From NCBI GenBank assembly GCA_020137815.1, contig CM035353.1, forward strand, positions 7,936,001 to 8,000,000: DNA of 64,000 nucleotides, written 5' to 3'. This document shows, piece after piece, positions 38,900 to 52,849 of the stretch. Within the stretch, counting starts at the first letter, position 1; each line of letters opens with the position of its first letter. The notes beneath the pieces are model-generated. The model saw only the letters and a program-made list of their open reading frames with translations, was not told where the DNA came from and searched no databases. Origin of the DNA: Hormiphora californensis (Eukaryota > Animalia > Ctenophora). Position numbers and translations under genes: made by a program.

Positions 38900-39470
38900 A
38901 TGTTGTTCCTTCTCCTTGCTGCTCTACTAACGTTAGGACGGTGCCACCCACTCGCCGAGGATCAAATTGGCGTGGAAAAAGCCGTTGTTGTGGAGAATGG
39001 TGATGACACCACTGTTGTGGAGAATGGTGACAACACCACCGTTGTCGAGAATGGTGACAACACCACTGTTGTGGAGAATGGTGACAACACCACTGTTGTG
39101 GAGGAATGGTGACAACACCACTGTCGTTGAGAATGGTGACAACACCACTGTTGTGGGGAATGGTGACGACACCACTGTCGTTGAGAACGGTACCGAAGAT
39201 AATGGTATGGAGGATGTGATATGGCAGGAGGACAGTACACCTTCAGCTAGTGGTCCCCCTAACCCGGTGTCCGGTATTCCAACTGAGCATCACGGACCCA
39301 TTCCTCCATTCGGGGAGGACCCCACCACTATACTGGGAGATCTGATGAACCAGCTCCAGAGGGCAAACCAGTATCTCATGGACACAGTGAGGGAGGGGTT
39401 AGTCAGGCTGGGCTATGAGCATTTTATGGGTCCACCCCAGAACCCGGCCAACATGGGAGTTGAGGAGTAA
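38900..39470 (+). CDS. Small secreted acidic protein with 9-aa tandem repeats (VVENGDNTT); 1-nt frameshift at ~39103
   Basis: Signal peptide MLFLLLAALLTLGRCHP and a 27-bp repeat unit. One unit has an extra G (gtggaggaatgg); removing it joins ORFs 38900-39112 and 38967-39470. Confidence 0.75.
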
Positions 39471-40393
39471 ACTATTGTTCTATTTGCATGGTGTTATTGA
39501 ATAGTGTGTTAAATGTTGTAGTGATTAATTGGGATAATATCGTTAAATTTCGAACTGAGAAGACGTGTCATTCCTTTCAACTTTGAATTTCTCACATACT
39601 AATAAATAATTACAGGGAGAATCTTGGTAGTCTCTGTACCAGCCTCTGAATAGTCAATATGGTCCCGTAACCACGGAGCTGCCTGGCTGATGTGCTCCCA
39701 GTGCAGGGTGGTTCTCCTGCCTGGCTGATGCTCCATGGGGCACTGGATGGTGCAGCAGCTGTCACATGTCAGTCCCTTCCAGTACCCCCCAGTTTGGGGG
39801 CGGTCTCAGTCCCAATGTGTTTGTTCCGTCGCGCGCGCTGACACACTTCCAGAGAGTTTGTGTTGTCAGCGCAGCGCGCCACTTTATATCATGAAACATG
39901 CGGGATGATTTAGTCAACCTGTCAGTGAGTTGACCTTCGCCTGTCTGGCAGTGCCACACACCGCTTTGATATTCAAACGAGCGGGGCAATGCGCTCAGAT
40001 CGGGACGGCACCACCATGCAGGAAATTCAGGAATTTTACTAGGTAAACAGCTAACTTTGGGTTTTAAAGAAAGTGCTAAACATTACAAAACTCTCCTATT
40101 ACCGAAAATTGTCTTTAAAACCTAAACCTTTGAGTCGCTTGTCCGTGCTCCGAATAAAAATTAAGTATGTATGAACAATTCAACTCCAAGTATAATTGGC
40201 ACCGGTCAAGTTATTCTCATTTACGGCCATTTTATACGGATTTATACCGTGTTTTCACTATTCACTATTCTCCAGGAGTCCTGTACAATCTAACTTTGCT
40301 CAACAAACAGCTTGCCAAGTTAGACTGTTGTACAAAACAACAAACAGCCCCATTCAGGTCACTCACCACCCCACTGTCATTACATGGTGCACT

Positions 40394-43300
40394 GCAGCAG
40401 TATTATAGCACCCTCATCGACAGAGAGTATCCAGCTGTGTATTGGAGATTACACCAGGATAGAGAGATCTGATAACGGCCCAATTTCCACACGTGCTCTC
40501 TTGTTCTGTCAGATGGAGCAGGTCTGTAGAACAACTACCAGAAAACTGAAATATAGGAGGGATTTAGATATTAAACAAGGGGGAACAACTGGGAAACAAC
40601 TTATCGAGATTACAACTTGGTTACTGATGGGACAAGTGTGACTGCAACCACTAACCCCCACGATTATCATAATATCTCTCACCTGGCCTATTGGAACATT
40701 GCCCGCAGTTTCGGAGAGAAGATCACAAAGTCCCATTTCAGGGGGCTTATCGAACAGGCTTAGTCTCTCAGGGGAGGTGCACGATGATCTCAGTACCCAA
40801 CTGTTGGGGGAGAGGGGGTAGAAGGGGTTAAGTGAAAAAGGCAGCTTTATAAGAATGGTATTGGTAGCAATTGGTTTGTTATCGGCTAACACTAACTTTT
40901 TAAATAGATCGAATCCCCTAGCGGTCACATCTCTACCAAACACACGACTCCGCTCATTTGTTAGTTTGTTAATTGTTCCACACGCACCAACCACATCCGT
41001 TCTAGGGGAAACATGTTGTCAATTTACAATTATGTGTCAGAGCGTCTGATTTCACGCTGGGCTACAGTTGTTTATCGTCACAAAACCAAGCTCCCACATT
41101 ACATACATCTGGTGCAGTTTGACAATCAGGTAGTTAAGGTGGGAGAAAGTTATTTCCATCTCAGTCATGTTGATGTGTACTGAGTTGTTGTATCTTGTGA
41201 GGGTGAGATCACCGTTTCCCAGTTTTACTGTTGAATTCCGCTGTAAAGTGGGGGGGGGGGGTGTTAGAAAGATAGAAAAAGGTCGGGTTGCCAGGCTTGG
41301 ACATTTGGTCACATGGGGAATGTGAAGGTCTGGCCACCTGGCTGCCAAACTCGCTGACGTCACGAGAGAGAGGGGCAGGGCCGGGGTGGTGTGTGCCGCA
41401 CAGCGATGGGGGGGGCGTGAAGTTCATGAGAGAGGGGGCAGGGCCGGGGTGGTGTGTGCCGCACAGGATGTGGGGGGGGGGCGGGGCGGGGGCGTGAAGT
41501 TCATGAGAGAGAGGGGCGGGTGTCGGTATAAAATGTGCTGAAATGGTACACTTTCATAACAAGTGCCGGTCATGGATTCGGCGCGCGGCATTTCCCCGTG
41601 TCATTAGCGTACTGATTGAATCAACGCCTTCACCGGGAAGTGAGGGTTGCAAACTGGTTACTAGCAGACAGCCGAACCCAATCTAAGACTGGTATAATAT
41701 AAGTACATGCTGTAAATACCTGTATTTTAGTGAACTGTCCCCCATTGAAATATACATCATAATCTCTGGTCAACCTAGGAAAGAGAGGAAAAATTAGATA
41801 ATAACATTGATAGCAGAAACAAGCATCACGCTAGTTTTGAAGAAAAAGATAGCAGTTACATCACACCACCTCCAACAACTCACTGAAAGATGCTAGATCG
41901 TCCCTTGTACATATGTATATCAGGGATACACAGGTCTTTAGTCTTGCACTTGGTGAACCTCGCATAGAGGTGGTATCTGCTCCTTACTGTGGGATCACTC
42001 AGTAACCCGTGGTAACAGTTACTCTTCATCTAAACAGGTGAAGTTAGGTAATCTACAGGGCGGGGAATTGGTTATTCTATCCTGGATATTATGCTATTAT
42101 ATGTAAACATATGTTGTGTGGCTCACACCGCTCTGTGAGGGTAGATCAAGGAATATATGCTGTGGCACTCAAAAGTTCAATAACATTATGAAAATGTGTT
42201 TGATATTCACTACACTGACCTGAAAGAACGTCCCGTCGAACTGCATAACTCTACCATTCCCCCAGAATGCACATGTCTTCCCCACTTCACCTACCACCCC
42301 ACCTGCTCTTGGACACTTGACAGAGCCACCATCTTCTGGAAACGAGGGGGAAATGTGGTGGACTGGGCTGTTTTACAAGCAGAGTTCAGATTTGATTGCA
42401 CGCATGTAGGGGAAGGGTACACCATGGCCCCACCACTTTCAAAACGTCCCCTACATGCCTGTTTGATTGTTTACAGGGACCTACCACGGAGTTGAGAGCA
42501 GAATGCTTTCGTTACTCGATCACCTGCATCTTCACACAACACGTTACCCTACAATAATGGGGGGGGGGGAGCTACTAAGTTAGAAGCCTGACCAATATTG
42601 ATATCCACAGAAGTAAATTTAAGAAACGGAATTAGCTTGAGGATCACAATTAATAAACATAATGATGAATGTCCATCACTACAGCACCTCCTTACTATAA
42701 TTACTAACCTTGATATCAGAACACCAGCAGTTGCCACTGTTGTCACACTGATGAGGGGTGTAGTGACCACTAGTTTCATCACAGGACGGCACATAACCCA
42801 CCTCAGACCTGGAAATGAGAAGTATGTATCGACTGTGTTTGTTGGGTGTCCCCACTGTCCCCACTTTCCCTCTCTTCCAATTGATCTCTGTGATCTCTCT
42901 CCTGTTCACTTTGAATATCATGCACGAGAGGGGTTACCGCGGTACTCAAGTGGTATTGAGTGGAAATCAGTACACTGTTTTGATAAAAAGTAGGTATGTA
43001 TTCTATAGTCTTCTTACCCGAGGGAAATGGATTGAAGAATTCTAGTTCTGTCCTTGAAGCATTGACCTACATCAGTAAACTCACACATAGCCACTTGTCT
43101 GCATACTCCGTTCAGATTTATAGGCTGCAAGGCCGGACAGACACACCTTAAATAAATTAAAGAGTTACAAATATAAAGTAATATCCCTGCCAGATTATGA
43201 ATGTTTAGAAACTGTATCTCTCTGTTTGTTACCTAGGTACACATGATGCAGTATCGCCCTCTGAATCCAATACCTCGTATGTTATATCTGCAGCACACGT

Positions 43301-46089
43301 CTGTTCGTGGGTACTACCACAGAACTCAAAACTTGCACCTAAAACACATTGACGTCGTTACAGCAGACGGAAACCCACTATGTATGTCAGTGAAAAAAAG
43401 GAGTGCGTTCGCGTTTTTGTGTAAAAGAACAAAAGAAGTGCGTCGGCCGGGAATCGAACCCGGGCCTCCCGCGTGGCAGGCGAGAATTGTACCACTCAAC
43501 CACCGACGCTGATGTCAAATCATACAATTTAGGGCTACATATCCCACATATACGGCATATCATGTCCTTGTTATGTAAGTAGGACAAGTAGGTAAACAAG
43601 GTTTACCGCAGGGTAAACTTGAATGTATTTGCCGCAATTGTAGTATTTGGCATCAGCGTCGGTGGTTGAGTGGTACAATTCTCGCCTGCCACGCGGGAGG
43701 CCCGGGTTCGATTCCCGGCCGACGCACTTCTTTTGTTCTTTTACACAAAAAAGTATTTTTTGGGGGTTTTTTAAAATACCTTGTGGGCAGGAAAAGTTTC
43801 CGACTATTTGGTCCTTTAAATGAGTGGGAAATAGACATTTTATACTGATCTCTGTTGATAACAATTGTTCCTGTAATTTGATATTAAATCATTCACTTCG
43901 TCTAAAAATGAGGAATGGGGAGTTTATGCATCCGGGGGGAAATGATACGGAAGCTATCACTCCCTTTAGTCACAGTATTGTGTCGTCAGCTAAGAAGACA
44001 AAGAATTATATAGAAGAATTCTTCTAAATCATTCTTTGTCTTCTAATTACCGTGTGATATATGACCGTCGACACTTAACAAAGAGTTTCGACGGTCATGA
44101 CTCATAATTTATCACTCAGAAGGATAATGTGCAACATTACTCTAGAAGATAGTATTTACTTGGTATTTTCCAGGAAGGATATCAGCTCATGGAGGTTGTC
44201 ACCAGAACAATGTAGATTGTTGTCAGCGATATTCAAAGAAAGGGAGGGGCTCTTCTCCATTGATTTTAACAGTCCTATTGGCAGCCTGGAAACATTTATT
44301 GGAATTTAGTTTTTCAATATTTAGAGGGAAATGAACATTATATGGGAGGGGGGGTGTGTTACTATGGTGACACACTCCAGAATTTCACCATCACCATTTG
44401 TCATACCCCCCCCCCCCCTCATATCATCTCGTAGTAACTTACCTAGGCATGTTGTTGTGACTCAAGTCCAGCCATTTCAGCTGGTCAGGTTTAGATAGGT
44501 CAAGAGAGTAAGCGAAGTATGCCCATTGGTCCCCTTGCTGGTCTATAATGCCCCACATTTGGTTATGTGAGAGATCGAGGTGTTCCAAATGGGGCATACC
44601 ATTAAAATCACCTATCTGAACGTTCAACAACCTGCAATAAAGTACCATTAAAATCGCCTATCTGAACGTTCAACAACCTGCAATAAAGTACAATTTGTAT
44701 CGATAATTCTGGGATAGCACTGACCTCGCCCGCACAAAGAGTAATACCTATTGTAAAGGAGAACATAACACTGACAATACCAACCTATTTTCAGATAGAT
44801 CAATGTATTTCAGTTTATTGTTCTTGGTGAAGTAGCTCTCCTCTTTTCCAGCCGCTATCAACCAGTTTTTAGAGAGATCAAGCACCTCTAAACTGACGAG
44901 ATCGTGGAAGAAAGTGGTAGCTGGAGGGGATAGCTTACTGTCCGATATGTTCAGGTGTTTCAGTGATACCTGGAAATATATAGTTGATCATCCAACTGTC
45001 AGGGGCTATAAACCTTTCTTGCACGCTACTGTGAGCGGAGCGAGGAAAGTAGTAAACCATGGTTAGACACTTTAGAATCCTAACTTCTATTAGTGCAGTG
45101 GTACCTGGGTCCTATAACAGCACAAATCAAAGAGCTAAGATTTAAATCTGGCTGCAGTTTCTCACCAGGTTACTCAGCAGATCACCAGGCGGTACTTTGA
45201 AATTATTCCCTGAGATATCAAGGTGTTCTAACTTCACTAGATCTCTGAACACACTTTTCACATACCCCTCACCCCAGATACTCGCAATACCGTTACCATG
45301 GAGATCCAGATAACGGAGTTCTGATAGTTCCTGGGGAGGGGGGGGGTTGATATAATGGTGTTTATAACGGAGTTCTGATAGTTTCTGGGAGGGGGTTGAT
45401 TTTATATCCAGGTGTTAATTGAGGAAAGTTATCTGGCTTCAAAACGGTGTCTGGTGCGGATCTAAGAGAAAGGACAAAGAATCGATAAACCAATGAAAAT
45501 GGAACCAAATTACCGTAAATGGATCCTTGGTGAGGAGGTATATATTGTTCCCCCGGAGAAGTAGCCTTCTCAGTTTGGGGGTTTCTAACGTTCCTTTAAA
45601 TATGAGGATGGAACTGTCGCTCAGATCCAACTCTATCAAATTTTTTAAATAACTGCAAAATATATGAGTGTTGATATGATTGATGTAGTTCACTATTCAA
45701 TGAACTGTTGTCCAGTCCCGAATTGTCACCCCTTACTCAACAAGTTCCGACTCATCCTGACAGCTGCCAATACTCTGACAGCCTAAAACAATCAATCCTA
45801 CCTTAGACTACTAAGTAATACAAAGTTGATAGAGTTTCTGGAAAGATCAAGGTGCTGTAGTTTCAGCAGGGTAATGTCAGCGGCAACTGAAAGATGGGTC
45901 ATATATATAATGAAGTGATAATAAAGTTAATATATTAATGTCTTGTACAACTCACAAATGTTAGGACCACGTGTACTTGCAGGACACATGGAGTTCAGAG
46001 TCAGGCCCTGACTCACAGGAACACAAGGTACAGTCTGAGGAGGCTCCCCAAAGGTGAAGTAACAACAGGAATACAGACAATAATTTCAT
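40394..46089 (-). CDS. Multi-exon secreted protein: LRRs + LRRCT + TIL-like + thyroglobulin type-1 + VWD-like
   Basis: Signal peptide MKLLSVFLLLLHLWG (ATG 46089). LRR exons include LQHLDLSRNSI, LIELDLSDS, LEVLDLSKNWL and LEHLDLSHNQM. LNIADNNLHCS (LRRCT-like) at ~44200. FCGSTHEQTC...CVPRCVCP...GVC at ~43090-43340. YVPSCDETSGHYTPHQCDNSGNCWC at ~42710-42800. GNGRVMQFDG and GLCD (VWD-like) further down. The 3' end and joining of all exons into one gene are uncertain; exon 1 seems to need a 1-nt correction. Confidence 0.68.
43439..43509 (-). tRNA. tRNA-Gly(GCC)
   Basis: GCGTCGGTGGTTGAGTGGTACAATTCTCGCCTGCCACGCGGGAGGCCCGGGTTCGATTCCCGGCCGACGCA forms a cloverleaf with GCC anticodon, followed by a T-run terminator. 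Confidence 0.95.
43656..43726 (+). tRNA. tRNA-Gly(GCC), identical divergent copy
   Basis: Same 71-nt sequence, followed by CTTCTTTTGTTCTTTT. Confidence 0.95.
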
Positions 46090-47139
46090 TACAAAACTAT
46101 GTGATTAATAACTGTATTAGATCCAAATGTATATTATAAGTTTCCATCAAATAGACAACAAGCTAATATACACGTAGCTCGTTATACATAAAACGTCTCT
46201 AGAACATTTGTAACTTTAAATACACCAAATCAAGACCTTCTCTGATTCAATTATCAGTGGGACTATAATTTCGCATTATTCTCTGCGGTACCGACCAGTC
46301 TTAATTCTCGCACTTTACATTTAGTTTATCTAACTGTTATGTTACTGGGAGAGGGTGCAACTGCAAAAAGATATCGAAAAGAACTCAATTTTGAAAAATC
46401 CAGAGGGGGAATTAGGGGTAAATCATTCACCCTGCAAATTCTCTAAATATCCGGCCGGGTGACGCCCTCCTAATAATGTTGTTATAGATACCTGACAAAT
46501 GGGTGATACAAAACTGGGTCGATCTTTGTGCAGGAGTATTTACAGTTAAGATGACATCCGGGAAGATATAATATTGCAAACAGGGGAATAATAGGTCTTT
46601 GCAGCAGTAGTCAGTATGGTTTCCGGTTTCGGGTTTTGGGTATTTGTCTAGATAGGAAGGTCTAGTCAGTAAGTACTAAGTATATTGGTTACAGATTTCT
46701 AAACCCCCATGCCTTTAAGCCGGCATTCAGCAGGGCGGGAAATTGTAATGGAAATTGGGAAGTATCACAGCGGAATGTTCGAAAGCAGCGATTCATAAGC
46801 GTGAAGAGGGGTTTTGCTAGCTGGAGGGGATCTGATACTATTATTAATACCGGGGAGGGGGCGTGGTATCATTGACCCACCCCTACCAGATACTGCAAGC
46901 AAAATCAGGACCTTAACGGAATATTTACATATCGAATTTAATTATAAGTTATTCCAAAAGCAAGATCTCCACTCTTCAAATCTAACCCGGCACTGAAGTA
47001 AGGGTTACGATCAATAATGAACGTATAATCAGCCAAGTTCCCGCTTAAATATTGTGTGAAAATTGTCCCATAATCGGTCAAAACCGTGTTGCTAGGGTAT
47101 CCAGGGTGGTTGCTATGAGGAGTCTACTGTTACTCATAT

Positions 47140-48264
47140 GGTCATTTTTTTTTTAACTTGTGCAAAATTTTTTCCGAAAATGACATAAGTTCAGTTTTTT
47201 CGACTTTTATCATAGTTTTTGTTAAAAAATATTATTTTCCAACGAATATTATGTGTAAAAGTGTATAGGGAATAGATTTACAGGCAAAATAAATTAAAAA
47301 CTCATCTCGTGAGGTGCCGGTGACCATGTTTGCAAAAGCGTGTGCCATTCCGTCAAATTTTAATATTTTTTCCTAAAATTTTCGAAAATATGCTGAAAAA
47401 TGTCCAATATAAACACCTTTAAAATATGTAAGCAAACTTACTCAATCTATGAGGTGCAACCGGTGTTTAAAGTTACACTGTATAGTTACAGCTACTTTTA
47501 CGCCCGTAGCACCTCACGTTTCACGACTTTTCCTAGCTAGATACTTGCAGTAGACTCAAAACCATAATTTGTACCAAAAAAGTTCCAAAAATTTTGCTCA
47601 ATGAGTGAGGTGCACCCAAAAAACTGTATTTTCTTCAAACGCTAATTGCACCTCACTCAGTGAGTATATAGTTCTAAAAGTGGACTTAATTTGCTCATAT
47701 GATATCCCCAAACACTACCTAATCGATTCCAAGGTCATTGCTCAACCTGTGAGGTGCACTGGAGAAGTAGGTAAAATATGTCATTTTTTGAGGGTCTGCA
47801 CCTCACTCGCTGAGTAATTTTTAGAGCAAATTTTCGGTAAATCAGGAGGGAAAATGTCTAATCTTGCTTTATGCCAAGTTTCAATTCTTTATTTACTCAT
47901 TTGACCCCTAGTGAGTAAACTTTTAGCTCTAAAATCGGCTTGCACCTCACCAAATGAGTAAATTTTTCCATGGTTTTCACCTCATCTGATGAGTGAGAAA
48001 TATCCCCACCATTTCTGAAAGTTTGGAGATTTTTGATCAAACGGTATTTCTACAAATCGGGGGCACCTCACGATAGCACCTCACGGCGTAGAAATGCTAT
48101 AGCACCTCACTGGAGTAAGCTAGAGACTTCGTTCTTTCACTAAATTGAACTTTTAATATTTCTCGATTTTTTGAGGTGCTGAGTAAATTTCCAGTGGCCA
48201 CAGCTATTTTGCTATGATCATTTGAAAAAATTTGGTAGTTGCACAAGTTAAAAAAAAAATGACC
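47140..48264. mobile_element. Non-autonomous TIR DNA transposon with repeated GCACCTCAC subterminal motifs
   Basis: TIR GGTCATTTTTTTTTTAACTTGTGCAA / TTGCACAAGTTAAAAAAAAAATGACC, flanked by ATAT on both sides. Many GTGAGGTGC/GCACCTCAC motifs inside. Confidence 0.8.
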
Positions 48265-48367
48265 ATATACCCCTTTTCATTTGTCAGTTAACACATCAGG
48301 AGCATTTAAAATCATTATTGAGACTATTAGATAGTCTACACTTAGCAGTATCTAGCACCAAAATGAT

Positions 48368-48424
<57 letters not shown>

Positions 48425-49762
48425 GTAAATATCAAAGATGATTTTGAATGGGAGGATGACATGACTTTATTATTACAGGAAGTTATCAACACGAGACTCC
48501 AGGTATCCTTCTGATTTTCTAAACAACAAGGGGGGAGAGGCCGGTGGGTGCTTTTCAATGAGATGGGACCCACCACTGCTGGCAGCTGCTGTGATCGTTC
48601 CGCCACACCAGTCACATAACTAACATATACAGAACACATATTCATTGGTACAGCAGGTGGAGTGTAAATATCCTTGTCATTCTGCTGCACCTTCTAGATG
48701 CACCATGGTTCACTTTTTCTGTTGGGTCATACTGTGTATATGGGAATATAATGTTAGCTTCAATATGGATCTTGTATTCTTGTGAGTTTGACATCCATAG
48801 AGCTCATGGGTCATGAGTACAAGAGTTGTATTGACATGATGTTCATTGTTCACTATATCCAGGACCACTGACCAGATATAATATATAATGACTGCATGGA
48901 GGTATTGTTCGACCCTTGTTATAGCTCATTGTTGTGTAATTGTATTGGTGTCACTATTCAGGGGGATTGCTATCGTAGCTCACACCTCCCCTACAACTGT
49001 GAAGTGTGTTGCACACAGCCATGATACGTGTAGTGTATCTAGATATATCTAGCGACAAGACGTGGCACTATCCTCGCTCATAAGTGGGAATTGTGGTCAG
49101 AGACGTGCCTGTGTGTAGTATTGCATGTAACTTGGATCGATGTTATCGGTAAAATACCAATTTCACTTGCTATTAGCTGCTTCTGGGCGTTGAAATAACT
49201 TTTTATACGATATACATTATACTGTGTGGATGTCACTGTAGCTGTGTGTATGTCAGCAGTATGTCGTTCGTTTTCTTAGGACCTTAGGTTCAATTTTGCA
49301 AGCAATTCGCTAAAGTGGTCCGTTGACCGTTGTATTTCTGTGTATATATCGTCTACAAGATGTAATCTCTAACGCATGGACTTATTGGTACCTACCACTA
49401 GTTGTTACAGCCTTCAATGTATAATATACATTGTATATCCCTAACATTCACTCATCAACTTAAGTGCTAATAAATGCACGTGCCAGCGACATTTCTTTAA
49501 TTTAACAGTTTGCAAAACATTCTTCGATCATTCGATGTTCGTCACTAGCTTCTATAATAGGAGTTAGGAATATGACACATAATATTCATTTTGTCAGGTT
49601 GGTTGTTGAAACAAACGTTGTTAGCCCAATCTGCAAAGATGTTTTGCTTTGGCTAATGAAAATGAAACTACCCCAAGTTTGTATCTCTGCTTTGACCTAA
49701 TATCTCTGCATCTCTATATTTATTTGCGTCATCATCATTAGCGTGATCGTCAAATCTTTGAA

Positions 49763-49935
49763 TAGGGAGGAACATTAGAAAATATCTGACGATGGCCGGG
49801 CTCGAACCGATTTAACCTCAGGATAACGCGTCCATTGCTCTACCTATAAGTAGAGCAATGGACGCGTAACCGAGACTCGAGTGGTTTTCGGTTCGAGCCC
49901 GGCCCTCGTCAGACATATTATAATTCTCCTCCCTA
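49763..49935. repeat. Head-to-head inverted pair of tRNA-derived (SINE-head-like) sequences
   Basis: TAGAGCAATGGACGCG...GGTTCGAGCCCGGCC(C/A)TCGTCAGA on both strands around a centre at ~49846. B-box GGTTCGAGCCC present; no complete cloverleaf. Confidence 0.6.
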
Positions 49936-50891
49936 ATCATGATAATCTACGAAAAGAGCATTCCCCTTTCCAACGAGCTCAAGATTTCTGAAATTGGTTG
50001 AGAAATAGTTAACTATCGTCTCAAGCTTACAAAGCAATTATTAGATTGCTTTGTAAGCTTGAAACCATGTATATAAAACTATGTATAGTTGATACCAGTT
50101 CTTTTGTAGAGAACTTTCACCAGCGACCCTTAAAAATAAAGGTGCATCTTTCTTCTATCATTTCCATAACCCATAACCAAGCTTTTGAGTCATAACTCAG
50201 CAGGACTGTTGTTTTGTGATTTATAATGTGCAGGTGCAGTAACCAAACTAGGAGTTGAGTTACTCAACAACAAACTGCAGCACTACATACATCATGCAGC
50301 TGTCTTAGCATTATATTATTTTGTGCCCCCCATGCCGCTTATAAATCATACCCGCCACGTTTGCCTCCTTGGTCCTGGACGTGTCCCCCCACACACTAAG
50401 TCTCCTTGGTTGGGCAAAGAGTTCAAAATCGATAGTTTATGGGTGTTTCAGTGTTGTATCGTGACTGCAGATAGGGCACAACATTAACCTATATTTAATT
50501 ATCAGGGCCCCCTGAGATTCTGTTACTATATATCACGTTCCTCTGATACATGATCTGTGTGTATATGTTTCAACTTCCACTATAACTATACCTCATGTGG
50601 TACTAAGCGTTTCTTACTAGTCCCGCTGGATCCCCTCTACTACACACGCCTGTATGCAGCAGTTGATGCGTGCCTGTCAAGTTCTAGTTGCCTAGTTTTC
50701 ACCCACATCCACTTGACAGGTTGAAGGGGGATCATTAGTGCCCTCTCCCACAGCTGCCCCAGGCCCAGACAACATGGAGTGCCGTGTAATCGCCCAATGA
50801 CCCGTCAACAATCTTGAATTCTTGTTAAAGCACCTGACTAAGTTTACTGTTTAGTGTTTACTCTCAACCACCCCGCCACACGGTATATTAA

Positions 50892-51341
50892 AGGTTGACA
50901 AGATACCTAAAACTTTTCTTATATCGTCTTATTTTGATTTATCATTAATTTTCAGCATTTTTTCAGAATTTTTTGTCGGCTAGAAATATGTGCAAAATAG
51001 GGGGTCTACTGATAAACGAGAGGCGCAATTTAAAAATTGATACCGTAATATCTCCGGTTCCTGATGAGATACAAAAACCGTTTTGGTAGCGTTGGAAAGG
51101 TATTATTGAGACCAATCCAACGCAACCAAGATCAAGTAGCTATCTTTTGAGGAACCGGAAACGTGAATTTCAATTTGCGAGACGCAGTGAGTGTGTCCAG
51201 TAAAACCAGTGCTGACAATATCGGTAGACCCCCTATTTCGAATTTTTTTCTAGCCGACAAAAAATTCTGAAAAAATGCTGAAAATTAATGATAAATCAAA
51301 ATAAGACGATATACGAAAAGTTTTAGGTATCTTGTCAACCT
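50892..51341. mobile_element. Kolobok-like MITE (TTAA target, AG...CT ends)
   Basis: TTAA-AGGTTGACAAGATACCTAAAAC ... GTTTTAGGTATCTTGTCAACCT-TTAA; TIRs longer than 100 bp. Confidence 0.8.
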
Positions 51342-52849
51342 TTAATAACACTTTGAAATGTGCATCAAACACACGATCATTCTCCGATGAAATGTGACCT
51401 TCTTAATGATCATACTTATAATAGCCATACAATTAGTGGCACTCGTTTCCCCTCTTTGCTTTGCCGGCGCTGGCGTGAGGGCAATAAAATTACAGATCAT
51501 TAGGTGGTTATTATATCTAGACATCAATTGTTGTGGACTGACAATTATAAAATACCCCCAAATCTGAGTAGCTTCCAGTATTCATACGATGCAGGTCTGC
51601 AGTTTGAACAATATTCTAGTATATATACCCTGGCAGGGCTGCTATTATACCCCCTTGATTCATTGAATATCTGCCAATATCTAACCGACCAGGGTCAGCT
51701 GACTATCATAGTAATCAATGGTTTCAATGATGTTTAGAAAATACAGCCACCACAAGGGTCACAAGAATGAATAGTTTTCTAGAAACTCCCTCATTAATTA
51801 CATTGATCAAGAGCGTGTTCTTCTTTATCGCCCGATAATTTCTAGATTAACTATTCTCTCACCATCGCTGAGTTAAATTAACACGGGCATGAATTTATAT
51901 GTATAAGTTTTGCGGCGACTCGACCATTGCTGTAAAATATCACTCATAATTTCGTTTAGCGAAGATCTTTAGCCGTAAAATGATTTTATTACATATATTC
52001 AGCCGTTTTAAAACACCAACCAAATGAATTTAATCTCCTATTCACATTGAGAGATCCTCAGTATGCTTCTTTGACTAATTGGCTAACATTGACAGTAACT
52101 ACGCCTAATAACCTGATTCTAGGTTGTGAAACTGTCGCCCCTGACCGTTTATTGATCAACAAATAAACGGTCGGGTGTGACAGTTTCACAAACAGGTGGC
52201 CTTCCTCAAACCAGGGACGAATGAGTTGGTGCAATAGTAATGACTGATATTTTAGAGAATAATTATCGAGAGTATGTAGCATGTTGGATGCTACTGGAGA
52301 TAATACTATTTCTCCCTCCCCGGGCGGATGCCAGGAGGCATTCACCCAGATGACACGTGTATGATTATCTCACACTCAGGAGGGGATTACGTTAGGGGGA
52401 TTGAGCTGCATGTGTGTAGTTAACTGAAACAGGTGAAACAGAACGGGTGTCATGACGATACCCATAGATGAAGCGGAGATAGAGAGGGAGAGGGAGGGAG
52501 AGATCAGGGAGAGAGGAGGGTGCAGTATTACAGCAGAGGCAGGTGGAAACAATAATTACTCTCCTCGACCTGTAACTGCAGTATTTTCAAATAGTAGATC
52601 TTCTTTACTTTCTTTCTATGGACTATGGTTCTTCTAAATTCCTTTTTTTCCCTTTTTCCCTCTCTTACTCAGTCCTCCCTTCTTTCTGTATCCTTCACAA
52701 GTTGTTGGCAACTACATATTATTATGTTCTCAGCTGGAATTCTACCAGGGGATTAGCATTGCATACATATGTTGAATGTTCCTCACCTGCACATTTGCCA
52801 CCCTACCGTTTACTTGCACACTTCTTGTCGCCCAATATTGAGCTATGAG

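Noticed and set aside
43243-43864. ORFs with repeated peptide RRPGIEPGPPAWQAR
   Set aside because: Translations of the tRNA-Gly antisense strand.
48480-49300. Possible degenerate membrane-protein gene
   Set aside because: Short hydrophobic stretches only, frequent stops and no consistent frame.
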